The notes beneath the pieces were generated by a model, which saw nothing but the letters and a program-made list of their open reading frames with translations, was not told the origin of the DNA and ran no database searches. A DNA stretch of 64,000 nt, taken from Candidatus Nanopelagicales bacterium (GTDB lineage Bacteria > Actinomycetota > Actinomycetes > S36-B12). Made by a program: the position numbers and the translations under genes. Positions 58,366 through 64,000 of this stretch are shown here, piece after piece. The DNA lies in contig JAFMHB010000003.1 of the NCBI GenBank assembly GCA_017854795.1, forward strand, positions 81,076 to 145,075. The letters run 5' to 3'. The stretch's first letter is position 1, and every line of letters starts with the position of its first letter.

Positions 58366-60941
58366 TCGCTTGCCTGACCTTCGACTTCTTCAACTACCTC
58401 AATCGCGGGTGCTTCTTCAGACGATTGCCTATCTTTGGTGAGTTCTTCACCATCTGTGACTTCTTCGTCGTCTTCCGTGCCCTTGGCAACAGCCACGACA
58501 CTGACGTCTTCACCTAGGCGCATCATGCGAACACCCATCGTGTCTCGACCGGAGGCACGGATCTCGTCGACTTTGGTGCGAATAACGACTCCGTTCGATG
58601 CGATTGCAAAAATCTGATCGGATTCCGCACACACCATGGCGCCAACGAGCTCACCGCGTTCTTCTGGCAATTTCATTGCACGAACACCCTTAATGCCACG
58701 CCCTTTTGCCACCCATTCATCAACTGAAGTTCGTTTGGCGAACCCACCGTCGGTGATGGTGACTACGAAAGTACCCGGGGTAACAACGTCCATGGACAAA
58801 AGTGCGTCGTCGCCACGGAATCGCATTCCAATCACGCCACCCGTTGCCCTACCCATTGGTCGCAATGTGTCGTCGTTGGCTGTGAATCGAGCTGACAAAC
58901 CTTTTCTGGAGACTAATAGCAGGTCATCTGTTTCGGACACGAGTCGTGCTCCGATTAGCTCGTCACCTTCGTGCAGGTTGATCGCGATAATTCCACCTTG
59001 ACGGTTGGTGTCGTATTCACTCAATCGAGTTTTCTTCACCATCCCGGATTTTGTTGAGAGTACGAGGTAGTCACTTGCTGCATAGTCTGGAATGGCAAGA
59101 ACCTGCGCAATTGTTTCATCGGGTTGGAATGCCAACAGGTTAGCGACATGTTGTCCGCGTGCATCACGTCCTGTTTCCGGTAACTGGTAAGCCTTCGCGC
59201 GGTAGACCCGACCAAGGTTGGTGAAGAACAGGATCCAATGGTGGGTGGTGCTGACAAACATGTGCTCCACAACATCGTCTTGTCGCAGGTTCGCACCTTT
59301 GACTCCACGACCGCCGCGGCGTTGAGACCGATAGAGGTCACTCAGGGTCCGCTTGGCGTACCCACCGGAAGTGATAGTGACAACGACATCCTCGACCGCA
59401 ATCAGATCTTCATCGGTAACGTCACCGTCCCAAGCAACAATCTCGGTGCGACGTTCGTCACCGAACTTGTCAGATATTTCCGTGAGTTCGTCACTGACAA
59501 TTGTTCGTTGACGTTGATCTGATGCCAAAATATCGTTGTAATCCGCGATCTTGCTCATCAGTTCTTCGTATTCGTCAATTATCTTTTGACGCTCCATTGC
59601 GGCAAGACGACGTAATTGCATGTCAAGAATTGCTACTGCCTGGATTTCATCTATGTCGAGAAGATCAATCAGACCGCTACGGGCTTCTTCAACTGTTGCA
59701 CTGGCACGAATTAATGCGATGACAGCGTCGAGGGCATCAAGTGCTTTGAGGTAACCACTGAGGATATGCGCGCGCTCTTCAGCTTTGCGTAGACGAAATC
59801 GGGTGCGACGCTGAATCACTTCAATTTGGTGCAATACCCAGTAACTCAGGAATTGCTCCAGGGTCAACGTTCGCGGCACCGAGTCAACGAGTGCCAACAT
59901 GTTCGCACCGAAGTTGTCTTGGAGTTGCGTGTGTTTGAACAACTGGTTCAACACAACCTGAGCCACAGCATCACGTTTGAGTTCAACAATCAATCGCATG
60001 CCGGTACGCGAGGATGAATCATCACGTACATCGGAGATGCCGGTGAGTTTTCCGTCACCGACCAATTCAGCGATACGAAGCAGAAGGTTGTCCGGGTTTA
60101 CCTGGTAAGGCAATGCGGTGATAACCAAGATTTGACGACCACGTTTGTCCTCGTCGACAGTGACAACTGCGCGCATGGTGATTGAACCACGACCCGTGCG
60201 TTGGGCGTCTTCGATTCCTTTGCGACCAACAATCAGTGCACCTGTTGGGAAGTCTGGTCCCTTGACCAATTCCATGAGGGCGGCTTGGCGCTCTTCAACC
60301 GTTGACGTTGGATTGGCCAGCAGCCATTGCGCGCCTGCAGCAATTTCACGCAGGTTGTGCGGTGGAATATTGGTTGCCATACCGACTGCAATGCCCGAAC
60401 TTCCGTTGACCAAAAGGTTGGGGAACCGACTTGGGAGAACAGATGGCTCAAGCGTGCGTCCGTCGTAGTTCGGTTGGAAATTGACGGTATCTTCATCAAT
60501 ATCGCGGACCATTTCCATGGCAAGCGGTGCCATTCGGCATTCCGTGTAACGCTGGGCTGCGGGGGGATCATTGCCTGGTGAGCCAAAGTTCCCTTGTCCT
60601 TGAACGAGCGGGTAGCGCAATGACCAAGGCTGGGCAAGACGCACGAGCGCGTCGTAGATTGCACTGTCACCATGTGGATGGAAGTTACCCATAACGTCGC
60701 CGACTACACGAGCGCTCTTAGAGAAGTTGCGGTCAGGTCGGTAGCCGCCGTCATACATTGCATAAAGGACTCGACGGTGGACGGGCTTGAGGCCGTCTCG
60801 CACGTCTGGCAGTGCACGGGAAACGATTACTGACATGGAGTAATCAAGATATGAACGCTGCATTTCAGTCTGTAGGTCCACCGGATCAATTCGGCCGTGG
60901 CTACTGACCACTTCAACTTCTACTTCAATGTCGTCTGACAC
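58362..60941 (-). CDS. gyrA: DNA gyrase subunit A
   Basis: [33 protein letters not shown], GyrA-box QRRGGRG. Confidence 0.98.
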   Translation of the reverse strand: MSDDIEVEVEVVSSHGRIDPVDLQTEMQRSYLDYSMSVIVSRALPDVRDGLKPVHRRVLYAMYDGGYRPDRNFSKSARVVGDVMGNFHPHGDSAIYDALVRLAQPWSLRYPLVQGQGNFGSPGNDPPAAQRYTECRMAPLAMEMVRDIDEDTVNFQPNYDGRTLEPSVLPSRFPNLLVNGSSGIAVGMATNIPPHNLREIAAGAQWLLANPTSTVEERQAALMELVKGPDFPTGALIVGRKGIEDAQRTGRGSITMRAVVTVDEDKRGRQILVITALPYQVNPDNLLLRIAELVGDGKLTGISDVRDDSSSRTGMRLIVELKRDAVAQVVLNQLFKHTQLQDNFGANMLALVDSVPRTLTLEQFLSYWVLHQIEVIQRRTRFRLRKAEERAHILSGYLKALDALDAVIALIRASATVEEARSGLIDLLDIDEIQAVAILDMQLRRLAAMERQKIIDEYEELMSKIADYNDILASDQRQRTIVSDELTEISDKFGDERRTEIVAWDGDVTDEDLIAVEDVVVTITSGGYAKRTLSDLYRSQRRGGRGVKGANLRQDDVVEHMFVSTTHHWILFFTNLGRVYRAKAYQLPETGRDARGQHVANLLAFQPDETIAQVLAIPDYAASDYLVLSTKSGMVKKTRLSEYDTNRQGGIIAINLHEGDELIGARLVSETDDLLLVSRKGLSARFTANDDTLRPMGRATGGVIGMRFRGDDALLSMDVVTPGTFVVTITDGGFAKRTSVDEWVAKGRGIKGVRAMKLPEERGELVGAMVCAESDQIFAIASNGVVIRTKVDEIRASGRDTMGVRMMRLGEDVSVVAVAKGTEDDEEVTDGEELTKDRQSSEEAPAIEVVEEVEGQASE

Positions 60942-60968
60942 TCTGTTCTCCGTTAACTAGTTGCTTGT

Positions 60969-62939
60969 TTAAATGTCGAGGAAGCGAACGTCGCGGGCAT
61001 TTTGTTGAATGAAATTTCGACGAGATTCAACGTCTTCACCCATGAGGACGCTAAACATTTCATCGGCTTGGGCTGCGTCGTCGAGTGTCACTTGTAGAAG
61101 TACTCGCTCGGCGGGATTCATCGTGGTGTCCCACAGTTCGTCGGCATTCATTTCACCAAGACCTTTATAGCGCTGAATCGACTCTTCCTTGGGTAATCGT
61201 TTTCCAGCTGCGAGGCCCGCTTCCATGAGTGCATCTTTTTCACGGTCGGAATAGGCGAAGTCGGCTGTTTCCCGAGACCATTTAATTTTGAACAGTGGTG
61301 GTTGGGCTAGGAAAACGTGACCGGTTTCAACAAGTGGCCGCATGAAGCGGAACAGGAAGGTCAGTAGCAATGTGCGGATGTGTTGCCCGTCAACGTCAGC
61401 GTCAGCCATGAGAACAACTTTGTGGTACCGCAGACGGTTGAGGTCGAATTCATCTTGGATACCCGTACCAAAGGCTGAGATCAATGCTTGTACTTCAGTG
61501 TTCTGAAGTACTTTGTCAATCCGGGCCTTTTCAACGTTGATGATTTTTCCGCGGATTGGGAGGATTGCTTGGGTTCGCGGGTCACGACCCTGGCGCGCTG
61601 AACCACCAGCACTGTCACCTTCCACAATAAAGACTTCACACTCTTCTGGTTCACGACTGGAACAGTCAATGAGTTTTCCAGGCATTCCGGCGCCGCCTAG
61701 TAATCCTTTTCGGTTGCGGGCTAGGTCACGCGCTTTTCTGGCAGCGATTCGCGCAGTTGCCGCGTTCATTGATTTACGTGCAATTTCTTTACCTTCGGCT
61801 GGGTTTTGTTCAAACCAAGCTCCCAGTTGATCGTTGACTACTTTCTGTACAAAAGCTTTCATCTCAGTGTTGCCAAGTTTAGTTTTTGTTTGACCTTCAA
61901 ACTGAGGATCAACAAGTTTCACACTAACAATCGCAGTGAGTCCTTCGCGGATATCTTCACCGGACAGGTTGGTGTCTTTCTCTTTGAGGATGTTCCACTC
62001 GCGTGAGAATTTGTTGACCAGCGATGTGAGAGCCGTACGAAAACCCTCTTCGTGGGTTCCACCCTCTGTGGTGTTGATCGTGTTCGCGAAGGTGTACACG
62101 GACTCTGCATACGTGTTGTTCCATTGCATTGAAATTTCAGCGCTGAGAGTTTTGTTTTCGTTCTCAGCCACCAAGTCAATGACGGTGGGGTTTGCCACTC
62201 CTTTACTCGCGTTGATGTGACGAACAAAGTCAGAAATTCCACCTTCATACATGTAGGAGACGTGGCGGACCGCTTCAATTACCTCGGTTGGGTTGTCTGG
62301 ATCAATGACAGTGAATGAACCTGGTCGCTCGTCGGTCAGTTCCAACTTTAGGCCGCGGTTGAGAAATGCCATTTCTTGGAAGCGACGGGCAAGGGTTGTG
62401 AAGTCGTAAGTTGTGGTCTCAAAAATTTCACCGTCAGCCCAGAAAGTTACTGTTGTTCCGGTGCGATCTGTGGCTTCACCTTTGTCGAGAGGAGCCACGG
62501 GCACGCCGTACTTGTAGTGCTGGCGGTACACATTTCCTTCACGGTGAATTTCAACGGCGAGGTCGGTAGAAAGGGCGTTCACCACGGAGACACCCACTCC
62601 GTGTAGTCCACCTGACACCGAATACCCACTGCCACCGAATTTTCCACCAGCATGCAAAACGGTGAGAACGACTTCAACCGCTGGCTTTTTTTCGATGGGA
62701 TGCTCGTCAACGGGGATCCCGCGACCGTTATCCACCACCCGAATCGCGCCATCGGGGAGGATCGTGACCGAAATTTCAGTGGCGTAACCTGCCAGAGCTT
62801 CGTCAACGGCATTGTCGACCACTTCGTAAACCAAATGGTGTAATCCGCGCTCACCCGTCGAGCCGATGTACATACCGGGGCGCTTACGAACGGCGTCGAG
62901 TCCTTCGAGAACCTGGATCGCACTAGCGTCGTAGGTCAT
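60969..62939 (-). CDS. gyrB: DNA gyrase subunit B
   Basis: [40 protein letters not shown]. Start at ATG 62939 (AAGGAGG RBS). Confidence 0.98.
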   Translation of the reverse strand: MTYDASAIQVLEGLDAVRKRPGMYIGSTGERGLHHLVYEVVDNAVDEALAGYATEISVTILPDGAIRVVDNGRGIPVDEHPIEKKPAVEVVLTVLHAGGKFGGSGYSVSGGLHGVGVSVVNALSTDLAVEIHREGNVYRQHYKYGVPVAPLDKGEATDRTGTTVTFWADGEIFETTTYDFTTLARRFQEMAFLNRGLKLELTDERPGSFTVIDPDNPTEVIEAVRHVSYMYEGGISDFVRHINASKGVANPTVIDLVAENENKTLSAEISMQWNNTYAESVYTFANTINTTEGGTHEEGFRTALTSLVNKFSREWNILKEKDTNLSGEDIREGLTAIVSVKLVDPQFEGQTKTKLGNTEMKAFVQKVVNDQLGAWFEQNPAEGKEIARKSMNAATARIAARKARDLARNRKGLLGGAGMPGKLIDCSSREPEECEVFIVEGDSAGGSARQGRDPRTQAILPIRGKIINVEKARIDKVLQNTEVQALISAFGTGIQDEFDLNRLRYHKVVLMADADVDGQHIRTLLLTFLFRFMRPLVETGHVFLAQPPLFKIKWSRETADFAYSDREKDALMEAGLAAGKRLPKEESIQRYKGLGEMNADELWDTTMNPAERVLLQVTLDDAAQADEMFSVLMGEDVESRRNFIQQNARDVRFLDI

Positions 62940-63176
62940 GTGGGGCCCTCCTTGGAGCGAGTCGAACAATAGGTTATTCACACAAAGCAACAAAGGACAG
63001 TCTACCTTGAAGTTCTGACATCACCTAGCCCATAAATGCCAATCAGGACATAAATAAGCCTTGAGACCCCCTGGTTGCTAGTAGATGTACGAATTAGTGC
63101 TGAAAATCCTTCCTATTTCGCGCTAGGGGGCAAATTCGGCTTGTTACACGGTGGTCACCCGACTGCCCGCTAGGGA

Positions 63177-63641
63177 CTAGTTGTAGGTGTCTCGGGGTCC
63201 TCGGCCTGCAACGTGCCAGGCGCCTTTCTTCCACGATGGACCCTTTGGACCAGAAATCGAAATTTTGGTCACGACACCATCACCTACTTCGCCCGCAATT
63301 TTGGCCATAATTTGATTTTGGAGCAGTCGTAATTGGGTTGCCCAGGCGGTTGACTCTGCCGTGAGCCGTAACGTCCCTTCCTCAAAGCCTGCGGGGATGC
63401 AGTGGTCAGCGATCTCAGGGCCAACGATCACCTGCCAGGAATTTAATAGCTTAGCCATTGAGCTTTCTTGCTCCCAGCCACTTTCAATCATTAGCTTGTC
63501 CAAGGCTGTGCCGAGGAGTTCTGGGTCACGCCCACTTTTTGTAGATTTCCGGGTTTTTTTAGCAGGTGGGCCTTTGGTTGTGCGTCGCAACAATCGATCA
63601 GCAGCTTGGGCCGCCTCCTCTGGTGTGATGTCTTCACTCAT
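63177..63641 (-). CDS. dciA: DUF721 / DciA helicase-loader-like protein
   Basis: [33 protein letters not shown]; lies between recF and gyrB. Confidence 0.88.
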   Translation of the reverse strand: MSEDITPEEAAQAADRLLRRTTKGPPAKKTRKSTKSGRDPELLGTALDKLMIESGWEQESSMAKLLNSWQVIVGPEIADHCIPAGFEEGTLRLTAESTAWATQLRLLQNQIMAKIAGEVGDGVVTKISISGPKGPSWKKGAWHVAGRGPRDTYN

Positions 63642-64000
63642 TGGACTCACCGACAGGAATGACGGTGCCGAGGGATACGTGAAAACGTGCCCCGTCAAGT
63701 TCTATGGGAACATCAGATTCCACTGCTGCCGTGATAAATACTTGTGGTGCATTTTTGGTTAGTTCTAAAATGGTGGCTCGCCGCATTACATCGAGTTCAG
63801 CAAAAACATCATCAAGAATAAGGATTGGTTCGATTCCATCCATTTTCAAGACATCGGCACTTGCAACTCGAAGTGCTAATGCCGCGGACCAACTTTCACC
63901 ATGCGATGCATAACCTTTTAGTGGTAGCTCACCAAGTCCAATGAAGAGTTCATCACGGTGTGGTCCAACCAGTGTTACACCGCGAATAAGTTCGTCTTTT
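63634..64000 (-). CDS. recF: RecF, 3' part (runs off the right edge)
   Basis: [32 protein letters not shown]. Confidence 0.95.
   Translation of the reverse strand, partial: KDELIRGVTLVGPHRDELFIGLGELPLKGYASHGESWSAALALRVASADVLKMDGIEPILILDDVFAELDVMRRATILELTKNAPQVFITAAVESDVPIELDGARFHVSLGTVIPVGESNE

Overview
This is an Actinomycetota chromosome segment next to the replication origin, with moderate GC (~50-58% by eye). The right ~38 kb (25.6-64 kb) is the conserved ori-flanking backbone: rplI-rpsR-ssb-rpsF, femX/alr-like, GT87, ponA, padR-ino1, CCA enzyme, murJ, sigM/anti-sigma, trxBA, cwlM-like, rhomboid, ppiA, tRNA-Ala, tRNA-Ile, gyrA, gyrB, dciA and the 3' end of recF. The gyr/tRNA arm appears inverted relative to the usual order. 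Small insertions in the backbone are a vapBC pair and a GT4/GH130/rfbA block. The left ~23 kb is an accessory catabolic island. Its most interesting content is a putative phosphorylation-plus-biotin-carboxylation pathway. The carboxylase side has biotin carboxylase, BCCP and two atypical pyruvate-carboxylase-type carboxyltransferases, one of which is missing from the ORF track. The kinase side has a truncated PPDK-like dikinase, an Rv1126c-like partner, a second stand-alone phospho-His swivel protein and an unknown 524-aa protein. The island also encodes a tyrosine-phosphatase-family enzyme, a CoA ligase, a CoA transferase, two thiolases and three SDRs. A repeated ACATCNGATGT palindrome, a probable FadR/GntR operator, links these parts. 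The logic resembles (hydroxy)aryl-ketone pathways (Hpe/Acv/Xcc, Cre), but I do not recognise this kinase architecture as described. All calls come from reading motifs; no database searches were run.
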